DNA of 64,000 bases from Alphaproteobacteria bacterium (GTDB taxonomy: Bacteria > Pseudomonadota > Alphaproteobacteria > MPNO01). Shown here piece by piece: positions 9,163 through 17,177 of this stretch. Within the stretch, counting starts at the first letter, position 1. The number at the start of each line of letters is the position of its first letter. Location of the stretch: NCBI GenBank assembly GCA_964291675.2, contig OZ219866.1, positions 2,400,001 through 2,464,000 of the forward strand, given 5' to 3'. The position numbers were made by a program, and so were the translations under genes. The notes under the pieces were generated by a model. It did no database searches, was not told the DNA's origin, and worked only from the letters and a program-made list of their open reading frames with translations.

Positions 9163-10338
9163 GTGAGCACCGAGACTCGACCGGATACCGGCGTCTATGC
9201 CGGCACGGGGCTGCCCGAGCTGGGCTTGCGCAATTACTGGTACCCCGTGCTCGCCTCAAGGCGGCTGCGCCGGCGGCCGAAACCGGTCCGGCTGCTCGGC
9301 GAGGACGTGGTGCTGTTTCGCGACAAGGGACGGCTGTACGCGCTGAAGGACCAGTGCGCGCATCGCGGCGCGCGGCTGTCCCGGGGGCGCTGCCTTTACC
9401 CCGGCAGCGGCACGCTGACCTGCCCCTATCATGGCTGGACCTATGCGGGCGAGACCGGGAAATGCGTGGCCAGGATCATGGAAGGCCCCGACACCCCGAT
9501 CCCCGAAGAGGCGCGCGTCAGGGCCTACCCGGCTCGCGAGCATCGCGGGGCGATCTGGCTGTTCGTCGGCGACATGGCGGCCGTGCCGCTGGACGAAGAC
9601 CTGCCCGACTGCCTTGCCGATGCCGACGAATGGCACACGATCTCGACCTGGCGGACCTATCGCTGCAACTGGCGCGTGCTCAACGACAATCTGTGCTACG
9701 ACCTGCACGCGCCGTTCGTGCACAGGAACTCGCCCGAGCTGGTCTTTCAGCCGGTCTTTCCCTTCGCCAGCCGGGTCGCCGCGACGAGACTCCAGGATGG
9801 CAAGGGCCTCGGCTACACCGCGCGCGATGGCGTGACCGAGGCCCGTTTTCCCGGCCTTGGGGATTTTCCGCCGCCCCGGGAGGCGTTCTGGCGCCGGCTG
9901 AAGCCGCGCGGCCGCGGCAAGGAGATGGACCCGGAGACCGCACAGGCAACCAAGCGCTACGGCATCGAGTACCGCCACATGTCGCGCCTGCCCGCGGTGA
10001 CGCTGGTGGGCCGGCCGGCCGGAGACTACTTCATGTGCCGCTGGGTGACCCCGGTCGATGCGGAAACGACGCTGTTCTACTCGTTCAACGCGTTTCGCCG
10101 GCGCAGCGCGCTCGGCACAATGCTCGACCGAATCGGCTGGGCGCTCTGGCAGTCCTGGGCGCATGACTGGCTGTTCTCCGACCAGGACAAGCGCATCGTC
10201 GAAGGCGTGCGCTCGGATGCCGAGCAGCTCTCGCGGAGCGATGCCGGCGTCGTGGCGTGGCGCAGGTTCATGGTCGAGAACGCGCGCCGTCCGCCCGAGG
10301 CCGCGACCGGCGTCGGGCTGGAAACCGCTGCGGAGTAG
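9163..10338 (+). CDS. Rieske non-heme iron oxygenase alpha subunit
   Basis: RNYWYP; Rieske ligands CAH...CPYHGW; mononuclear site DNLCYDLHAPFVH; distal QD. Confidence 0.9.
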   Translation: MSTETRPDTGVYAGTGLPELGLRNYWYPVLASRRLRRRPKPVRLLGEDVVLFRDKGRLYALKDQCAHRGARLSRGRCLYPGSGTLTCPYHGWTYAGETGKCVARIMEGPDTPIPEEARVRAYPAREHRGAIWLFVGDMAAVPLDEDLPDCLADADEWHTISTWRTYRCNWRVLNDNLCYDLHAPFVHRNSPELVFQPVFPFASRVAATRLQDGKGLGYTARDGVTEARFPGLGDFPPPREAFWRRLKPRGRGKEMDPETAQATKRYGIEYRHMSRLPAVTLVGRPAGDYFMCRWVTPVDAETTLFYSFNAFRRRSALGTMLDRIGWALWQSWAHDWLFSDQDKRIVEGVRSDAEQLSRSDAGVVAWRRFMVENARRPPEAATGVGLETAAE

Positions 10339-10345
10339 ACCGGCA

Positions 10346-11125
10346 ATGGATCTTGGAATCGAAGGCCGGGTCGCGCTGCTGACCGGCGCGAGCCGGGGCA
10401 TCGGACATGCCTGCGCCGCGGCGCTGGCGGCGGAGGGCGTCCGCGTCGCCATTTGCGCGCGCGGGCGCGCGGCGATCGAGGCGGCGGCGCGCGACATCGC
10501 GGCGCAGACCGGCGGCGAGGCGGCGCCGTTCGTGGCCGACATGTCGCGCCCCGAGGAGGTGAACCGCCTGTTGTCCGAGGTCGCGGAGGCGATGGGGGGT
10601 GTCGACATCCTGCTCGCCAACAACAGCGGGCCGCCGCGCGGCGGCTTCGACGCCCTGGACGACGCGCAATGGCAGGACGGCTTCGAGGTCACGATGATGT
10701 CGACGGTGCGCCTGATCCGGGGCGTGCTGCCCGGCATGCGGGCGCGGAGATGGGGCCGGGTGCTGACCATCGTCTCGTCGTCGGTACGCCAGCCGGTCGA
10801 CCGGCTCGAGCTCTCCAACGCGCTCAGGCCCGGCATCGTCGGCCTGTTCAAGTCGCTCGCCGTGACCATGGGCAAGGACAACGTGCTGTTCAACTGCGTG
10901 GCACCCGGCCGCATCATGACCGAGCGCTTCCTCTCCGGCGCGAAGAACGCCGGCATGACCGAGGAGGCCTATGCCGAGAAGCACCGGGCGACGGTCCCGC
11001 TCGGGCGGATCGGCAGGCCGGACGAGATCGCCGGCGTCGTGGCCTTCCTGGCCTCGGAGCGCGCGTCCTACATCAACGGCGCGACGGTCATCGTCGACGG
11101 CGGCATGATCCGCTCGCTGCATTGA
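10346..11125 (+). CDS. SDR-family oxidoreductase
   Basis: MDLGIEGRVALLTGASRGIG, NNSGPP, VAPGRI, VDGG; atypical SNALR in place of YxxxK. Confidence 0.9.
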   Translation: MDLGIEGRVALLTGASRGIGHACAAALAAEGVRVAICARGRAAIEAAARDIAAQTGGEAAPFVADMSRPEEVNRLLSEVAEAMGGVDILLANNSGPPRGGFDALDDAQWQDGFEVTMMSTVRLIRGVLPGMRARRWGRVLTIVSSSVRQPVDRLELSNALRPGIVGLFKSLAVTMGKDNVLFNCVAPGRIMTERFLSGAKNAGMTEEAYAEKHRATVPLGRIGRPDEIAGVVAFLASERASYINGATVIVDGGMIRSLH

Positions 11126-11131
11126 GCCCGG

Positions 11132-11533
11132 TCAGTCGAGGACGGCGGTAGCCTCGATCTCCACCAGCCAGTCCTCGTTCGCCAGGCCCGAGACCACCAG
11201 CAGGGTGTTGGCCGGGATGTTGGTCATTCTCCCCTCGTCCATGACCGCCTTGCGCCCCGCGCGGACGCCGCCCAAATTCTCCCTGCCCACCACATAGGTC
11301 GTGGTCCTGACGATGTTGTCGAGCGTGCCGCCCAGCTCGCGGAGCGTCGCGTCGATGTTGTAGAGCGCCTGCCTCGTCTGCGCGCCGGCGTCCTTGGGAT
11401 CGACGGTCTTGCCGTCCTTGTCGATCCCGACCTGGCCCGCGAGGTAGAGGGTCTTGTCCGCCTGCACGACCCAGGAGAAGTTGCCCGGCGGCGCGACGAC
11501 GCTCTCGGGGTTGATGTAGCTTCGCTTGGGCAT
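11132..11533 (-). CDS. RidA/YjgF/UK114 family protein
   Basis: LYLAGQVG, QTRQALYNI, PANTLLVVSGL..LVEIEATA; GGGAG SD before ATG 11533. Confidence 0.9.
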   Translation of the reverse strand: MPKRSYINPESVVAPPGNFSWVVQADKTLYLAGQVGIDKDGKTVDPKDAGAQTRQALYNIDATLRELGGTLDNIVRTTTYVVGRENLGGVRAGRKAVMDEGRMTNIPANTLLVVSGLANEDWLVEIEATAVLD

Positions 11534-11637
11534 TCGAGTCTCCCAGTAATATGATTTGCGTGCAGGATAGCATTGCACCGGGGCCGGCGAACCCGGCCGG
11601 TGTCGGTTGGGGGCGACGGCCTCCGGGAGAACAGGAG

Positions 11638-12906
11638 ATGGCCAGACGCGCGACCTTCCTCAGGGGCGAATACGCAGGCTATCGGGCCGCGCTCGACAAG
11701 CTCGCCGCGGATGAGGAGCTGACCCGGGTCGGGCCGGGCACGCCCGGGGGCGAGTATCTCCGCCGGTTCTGGCACCCCATCGCGTTTGCCGCCGAGCTCG
11801 AAGACGTGCCGCGGCGGGTCCGCGTGCTGGGCGAGGACCTCGCGCTGTTCAGGGACAAGTCGGGGCGCATCGGGCTGCTGGCGCTCCATTGCCCGCACCG
11901 GGGCACGTCGCTCGAATTCGGCATCGTCCGGGAACGCGGCATCATGTGCTGCTACCACGGCTGGGTGTTCGACGTGAACGGGCGGATCCTGGAGACGCCG
12001 GGCGAGCCCGCCGGCAGCACGCTCAAGGACCGGCTGTGGCACGGCGCCTACCCGGTCCACGAGTTCAAGGGGCTGGTCTTCGCCTATATGGGTCCGGCGG
12101 AGGCGCGCCCGCCCTTCCCGGTCTATGACAGCTTCGAGCTCGACGACTACCGGCTGGAGCCGTGGGGCGGCAACGTGCTGCCGTGCAACTGGATCCAGGT
12201 GAAGGAAAACGCCATGGACCCGGTGCACACCGCGTTCCTCCACAGCATCAATTTCACAGAATCCTTCGGCGTCATCCCCGAGCTCGACTTCCGCGAGAAC
12301 CCGCTCGGCATGATGTATGTCGGGGTGCGCCGGATCGGCGACAATGTCTGGGTGCGCTCGACCGAGATGATCATGCCCAACCTGCACCAGCTGGCGCCGA
12401 CCTTCGAGACCGGCGAGACCCCCAAGACCTTCTCGCGGCCGATGCAGTCGATCTGGGCGGTGCCGCTCGACGACACCCACACCATGAATATCGGCTTCAA
12501 CCATTACGACGAGATCGATCCGCCGGACATGGAGCGGTATTACATGGGCACGGATTTCGGCCAGATGCCGGACCGTCCCTATGAGGAACGGCAGCGGCTT
12601 CCCGGCGACTACGACGCGCAGGTCAGCATCGGGCCGACCGCGATCCACGCCCGGGAGCATCTCGGCGCCACCGACCGCGGCGTGAGCCTGTTCCGCGGCC
12701 TGGTGCGCCGGGGTATCCGCGACGTCGCCGAGGGGCGGGACCCCGTGCCCCCGGCGCAGCGCGGCGACGGGCCGATCCGCACCTTTGCGCACGACACCAT
12801 CGTGGCCGCACCCAGGATGAACGATGCCGGCACCGAGATCGACCAACTGCGCAGGATCGGGCGCGAGGTGACCGACGCCGTGATCGCCGGCAAGTTCCCG
12901 CGCTGA
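11638..12906 (+). CDS. Rieske oxygenase alpha subunit, phthalate 4,5-dioxygenase-like
   Basis: LTRVGPGTPGGEYLRRFWHP; CPHRG...CCYHGW; ENAMDPVHTAFLH; EHLGATDRGV. Confidence 0.9.
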   Translation: MARRATFLRGEYAGYRAALDKLAADEELTRVGPGTPGGEYLRRFWHPIAFAAELEDVPRRVRVLGEDLALFRDKSGRIGLLALHCPHRGTSLEFGIVRERGIMCCYHGWVFDVNGRILETPGEPAGSTLKDRLWHGAYPVHEFKGLVFAYMGPAEARPPFPVYDSFELDDYRLEPWGGNVLPCNWIQVKENAMDPVHTAFLHSINFTESFGVIPELDFRENPLGMMYVGVRRIGDNVWVRSTEMIMPNLHQLAPTFETGETPKTFSRPMQSIWAVPLDDTHTMNIGFNHYDEIDPPDMERYYMGTDFGQMPDRPYEERQRLPGDYDAQVSIGPTAIHAREHLGATDRGVSLFRGLVRRGIRDVAEGRDPVPPAQRGDGPIRTFAHDTIVAAPRMNDAGTEIDQLRRIGREVTDAVIAGKFPR

Positions 12907-12917
12907 GCGACCGCGCC

Positions 12918-13577
12918 GTGAGGTTGACGACCGTGCCGCAAGACCTGTTGACCGATTTTTCCGAGGTGGTCGCACCCGGCCACACGGCACTGCTGATCAT
13001 CGACGTGCAGAACGATTTCTGCGCCCCGGGCGGACATACCGAGGTCAATCTGGGCAGGGACGTCGCCGACTGCCAGGCGGTGGCCGCGCCCATCGAACGG
13101 CTGGCCGCCGCCGCCCGGCGCGCCGGCGCCCTCGTGGTCTGGATCAAGGCGGACTACGACCGCGCCCATTTGTCGCCGCCGATCCATGCCCGGCAGGTCG
13201 CGCGCGGCATCGCCGAGGCGTATTGCGTCTCCGGCACATGGGGCGCCGAGTTCTACCGGGTGAGCCCGGAGGAGGGCGACCCGGTCATCGAGAAGCACCG
13301 CCACAGCGCTTTCATCGGCACCGCGCTCGACCAGGTCTTGCGCGACCGTGGAATCAGAACTGTGGTCGTGGCCGGCGTCCAGACCCATGTCTGCGTCGAG
13401 TCGTCGCTTCGCGATGCGTCGGCGCGCGGCTACTACGTCGTCGTGCCCGGCGATTGTGTCGGCTCGTTCGACCGGGATCTCCACGACAAGACGCTGCGCT
13501 GTGTCGAGATGCATTTCGGCGATGTCGTCGATTCCGCCGAGCTGCTGGCAAGCTGGCGGCGCGACCCCGCGGGATGA
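12918..13577 (+). CDS. Isochorismatase-family cysteine hydrolase (RutB/nicotinamidase-like)
   Basis: Catalytic triad IDVQNDF / EKHRHSAF / THVCVES. Confidence 0.9.
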   Translation: MRLTTVPQDLLTDFSEVVAPGHTALLIIDVQNDFCAPGGHTEVNLGRDVADCQAVAAPIERLAAAARRAGALVVWIKADYDRAHLSPPIHARQVARGIAEAYCVSGTWGAEFYRVSPEEGDPVIEKHRHSAFIGTALDQVLRDRGIRTVVVAGVQTHVCVESSLRDASARGYYVVVPGDCVGSFDRDLHDKTLRCVEMHFGDVVDSAELLASWRRDPAG

Positions 13578-13602
13578 CGCGGGCCAACCGAGGGAGCGAT
13601 CG

Positions 13603-14466
13603 ATGGCGATACCAGCGCAATACCCGGAACCCGCCGACGCCGCCGCGCGACGCGCGGTCGAGCCGGTCACGGTCTACACCGTCGACCGCCTGCCGCCCTT
13701 CGACCGGGCGTTCTACGAGTCCGCGCGGGCGGGCATGACCAAGATCGACGAGGTGACCGTGCCGCCGCGCGACGCGCGCGCCTTCGACGTCCCGGCCGGA
13801 CACCTGTTCCGCATCGTCGTCGCCGGGGGCTCGCAGGTCGGCGACCTCAATTTGTGGAACGCGGCCGACCTCTCGGAATGCTTCTACTCGGGCAAGACGC
13901 GGGCGCTGCACGCCACCCATGTGAGCACCGGCGACCGCCTGTGGAGCTGCATGCCGTGGCTGCGCCCGATGGCCACCATCACCCACGACACGCTCGACTG
14001 GTACGGCTTCGACGAATTCGGGGCGGGCGTCCACGACGTGATCGGCACGCGTTGCGACCCCTACACCAACCGCCTGCTGTCCGGGACGGACTATCACCAT
14101 TGCTGCCACTCCAGCCTCACCCGCGCGCTCGCCGCCGCGCGGGGGCTGGCGCTGGCCGAGGCCGAGACGCACGTGCACGACGTGGTCAACGTGTTCATGT
14201 GCACCGGCTACACGCGCGACACCAACCAGTACTTCATGAAGGCGAGCCCGGCGCGGGAAGGCGACTTTCTGGAGCTGTTCGCCGAGATCGACCTGCTGGC
14301 CGGGTTGTCCACCTGCCCCGGCGGCGATTGCGGCGCCGGGCACTCCAGCGACTCGGCGGCCTGCCATCCCTTGCGGGTGGAGATCTTCCGGCCGGAGGAG
14401 GCAAGCCTGGCAGGCTGGCGCCCGGCGGAGCCGAGCGGCTACGGCGGCGGCCACGGCGCCGGGTGA
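13603..14466 (+). CDS. DUF1989 / urea carboxylase-associated family protein
   Basis: SQVGDLNLWN, HDVIGTRCD, HCCHS, HDVVNVFMCTG, STCPGGDC. Confidence 0.85.
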   Translation: MAIPAQYPEPADAAARRAVEPVTVYTVDRLPPFDRAFYESARAGMTKIDEVTVPPRDARAFDVPAGHLFRIVVAGGSQVGDLNLWNAADLSECFYSGKTRALHATHVSTGDRLWSCMPWLRPMATITHDTLDWYGFDEFGAGVHDVIGTRCDPYTNRLLSGTDYHHCCHSSLTRALAAARGLALAEAETHVHDVVNVFMCTGYTRDTNQYFMKASPAREGDFLELFAEIDLLAGLSTCPGGDCGAGHSSDSAACHPLRVEIFRPEEASLAGWRPAEPSGYGGGHGAG

Positions 14467-14592
14467 CGCCCGGCTCGGTGGGCTGTTCCGCATCGCCTGC
14501 CGAGAGAAGTTTCCTCATGAGCGAAGCCTCCTTGGTTTCGCCCCCACAAGACCCTACAGTTCGGCGAACCATGGAATTCTGGGAGGCCCAAC

Positions 14593-15378
14593 ATGAACGC
14601 CACCGCCGTCCGCGACATCGTCGGCTCGTCGCTGCGCGACAGGGTCAGCGAAGAGGAATGGCAGACCCGCGTCGACCTCGCCGCCGCCTACCACCTGTCG
14701 CATATGTATGGCTGGACGACGACGCTGATCTACAACCACATATCGGCGCGCATCCCGGGCCCCGAGCGCCATTTCCTGCTCAACCCGTTCGGGCTGCGCT
14801 GGGACGAGGTGACCGCGTCCAACCTGGTGAAGATCGATCTCGACGGCACCATCCTCGACGACACCCCCTACGGCATCAACGACGCGGGCTACACCATCCA
14901 CAGCGCCATCCACGGCGCCCGCGAGGACGCGCATTGCGTGCTCCACACCCATACCGAGGCGGGCATGGCGGTCTCGGCGCTGGAGGACGGGCTGATCTTC
15001 ACCAATCTCGACGCGATGATGTTTTATGGCGACGTCGCCTATCACGAGTTCGAGGGGATCTCGCTCGATCTCTCGGAGCGCGATCGGCTGGTCCGCGACA
15101 TCGGCGACAAGAATGCGATGATCCTGCGCAACCACGGGCTGCTGACCGCCGGACGCTCGGTCGCCGAGGCCTGGGTGAAGATGTACTTTTTGGAGAAGGT
15201 CTGCTCGGCGCAGCTCAAGCTGCTCGCGGCGACGGCATCGGGCGCCCGGATCCACCAGCCGACGCCGGAAGTCTGCGCGCACACCGCGCGGCAATCCACC
15301 CAGGAGGAATGCGGAAAGAACGAATGGCCGGCGCTGCTGCGCCAGCTCGACGAGGCCGGCATCGAGTACGCCGTATAG
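14593..15378 (+). CDS. Class II aldolase/adducin family protein
   Basis: RVDLAAAY, YNHISARIPG, HSAIH, LHTH, LRNHGLLT; GGGAGG SD. Confidence 0.92.
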   Translation: MNATAVRDIVGSSLRDRVSEEEWQTRVDLAAAYHLSHMYGWTTTLIYNHISARIPGPERHFLLNPFGLRWDEVTASNLVKIDLDGTILDDTPYGINDAGYTIHSAIHGAREDAHCVLHTHTEAGMAVSALEDGLIFTNLDAMMFYGDVAYHEFEGISLDLSERDRLVRDIGDKNAMILRNHGLLTAGRSVAEAWVKMYFLEKVCSAQLKLLAATASGARIHQPTPEVCAHTARQSTQEECGKNEWPALLRQLDEAGIEYAV

Positions 15379-15393
15379 CCCGGAGGCCCCCGG

Positions 15394-16569
15394 TCAGACC
15401 AGCGGGTCCGGGCAGGGCAGGCCGAGCGCGACCGCGCCCTGGACCGCGCCCGCCAGGTCCCAGGTCAGCGCGATGTGCCGCGCGACGGCGTTGGCGTCGC
15501 GCCAGGCCCGGTTGACCGGGTCGCCCGCCGCCAGCCCGCGCCCGCCCAGGATCGGCTGCACCCGCCCGATCGCGCGGCAGCAGGCCATCGCGGCGAAGGC
15601 GTTGTCCCGGCGGTAGCGCACCCGCTCCGCGACGGCGGGGACCGCATCGGCCTCCGCCCAGGCGATGATCTCGCGCCGGTTGCGGTCGACCAGGGCCCAG
15701 GCCGCGTCGATTTCGGCCATCGACTCGGCGATCCTGAGCTGGATGCTCTGCTGGCCGGCGAGCGGCGCCCCGGTCGCCCGGCTGGTCGGGCGCAGGCTCG
15801 CGCATAGCTGATCGACCGCGCCGCGCGCCGCGCCGACCGCGACCCCCACCAGGTTGAAGCTGAACACCGCCATCTGCGGCAGGCGGTAGAGATAGCCCGG
15901 ATTGACGGCGCGGCCCGGCCCCTCGCCCTTGCACAGCGCGCGCATCGGCGCGATGCGGTGGTCGGGAACGAACGCGTCCTCGACCGCGATGTCGTTGCTC
16001 CCCGTGCCGGCAAGCCCGGTCGCGTTCCACGTGTCGACGATCCGGCAGTCGCTCAACGGCACGGTCAGATAGTGGATCTCCCCGCGCGAGCCGTCCTCGG
16101 ACGGCAGGTTGGCGACCAGCATGGCCCAGCCGCAATAGTCGACGCCGCTGGAGAACGGCCAGCGCCCGGAAATCCGCCAGCCGCCGCGCGCGCGCTCCGC
16201 CGCGATGTCGTTGCCGTGGAAGGACGTAGCCACGCAGGTCTCCGGAGCGTCGCCCCAGATTTCCGCCTGCACCTCGCCCGGCATCATGCCGAGCAGCCAT
16301 CCATGGCAGGCGAGCAAGGCCGCGACCCAGGCGCTGGAGGGGCAGGCGCGGGCGAGCTCCATCGACAGGTCGGTCTGGATGCCGAATGGCAGTTCGAGCC
16401 CGCCGAAGCCGCGCGGCTGCATCACGCGGTAGAACCCGGCTTCCAGGAACGCCCGATGGATCTCGGGCAGCAATTTGCGGTTGGCTTCGGTGGCGCCCGC
16501 GCGCGTGCGCAATTCCGGCGTCATCGCCCGCGCGGCGTTCAGGATCGCCTCGGCGCCGCTCTCGGTCAT
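15394..16569 (-). CDS. Acyl-CoA dehydrogenase-fold flavin-dependent monooxygenase (HsaA/HpaB-C2-like oxygenase component)
   Basis: GFYRVMQPRGFGG, SGRWPFSSGVD, DTWNATGLAGTGS, RAWRDANAVARH; GGGGG SD before ATG 16569. Confidence 0.85.
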   Translation of the reverse strand: MTESGAEAILNAARAMTPELRTRAGATEANRKLLPEIHRAFLEAGFYRVMQPRGFGGLELPFGIQTDLSMELARACPSSAWVAALLACHGWLLGMMPGEVQAEIWGDAPETCVATSFHGNDIAAERARGGWRISGRWPFSSGVDYCGWAMLVANLPSEDGSRGEIHYLTVPLSDCRIVDTWNATGLAGTGSNDIAVEDAFVPDHRIAPMRALCKGEGPGRAVNPGYLYRLPQMAVFSFNLVGVAVGAARGAVDQLCASLRPTSRATGAPLAGQQSIQLRIAESMAEIDAAWALVDRNRREIIAWAEADAVPAVAERVRYRRDNAFAAMACCRAIGRVQPILGGRGLAAGDPVNRAWRDANAVARHIALTWDLAGAVQGAVALGLPCPDPLV

Positions 16570-16662
16570 CCCGCCCCCTCTCTCGCGGAAAGTATATTGG
16601 GACTTCGCGCGCGGCAGGAGGGCATACTGGACGGAACGGCGGCGAGCGACGGGAGCGAAGGC

Positions 16663-17022
16663 ATGGGCCCCTATCACAGGATCGAGGACATCCCCAGTCA
16701 CAAGGTGCCGGTCGGCGAGCTGAAGGTGCTCTCGGGCAAGCAGGGCATGGTGTTCTTCGGCACGCTTGCCGCCGGCACCGAGGTGCCGCGGCACTCGCAC
16801 CCCAACGAGCAGATCACCATCGTGCATTCCGGCAGGATGCGCTACCGGATCGGCGACGGCGAGGTGACAGAGGTCGGCCCCGGCGAGGCGCTGGTGATCC
16901 CGGCCGATGTCGAGCACGAGTCGTGGTACGACGAGGAATGCACCATCACCGAGTTCTTCTCGCCGCCGCGTCTGGACATGTTCCCCGCGGCCGCCCGCCA
17001 CCCCTACGGGCTCGAGGACTAG
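16663..17022 (+). CDS. Cupin domain protein
   Basis: PRHSHPNEQIT...GEALVIPADVEH..FSPPR. Confidence 0.85.
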   Translation: MGPYHRIEDIPSHKVPVGELKVLSGKQGMVFFGTLAAGTEVPRHSHPNEQITIVHSGRMRYRIGDGEVTEVGPGEALVIPADVEHESWYDEECTITEFFSPPRLDMFPAAARHPYGLED

Positions 17023-17058
17023 AGGATATCCGTCTTGGATGGGACCGCCGTCGCCGCC

Positions 17059-17176
17059 GGGCCCGTCCTTCGATACGCCCCCTTCGGGGGCTACTCAGGA
17101 TGAGGAGCGGTTGGTATGCCACATACAATATTCCTCATCCCGAGTAGGCGCGAAGCGCCGTATCGAGGGACGGCCC
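17059..17176 (+). repeat. Intergenic palindromic REP/REPIN-like element, copy A
   Basis: Left arm GTCCTTCGATACGCCCCCTTCGGGGGCTACTCAGGATGAGG, about 27-nt spacer, right arm CCTCATCCCGAGTAGGCGCGAAGCGCCGTATCGAGGGAC; lies between convergent genes. Confidence 0.9.
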
Positions 17177-17177
17177 G

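Noticed and set aside
13578-13602. Guanidine riboswitch before the DUF1989 gene
   Set aside because: Only 25 bp of intergenic space and no ykkC or mini-ykkC motif visible
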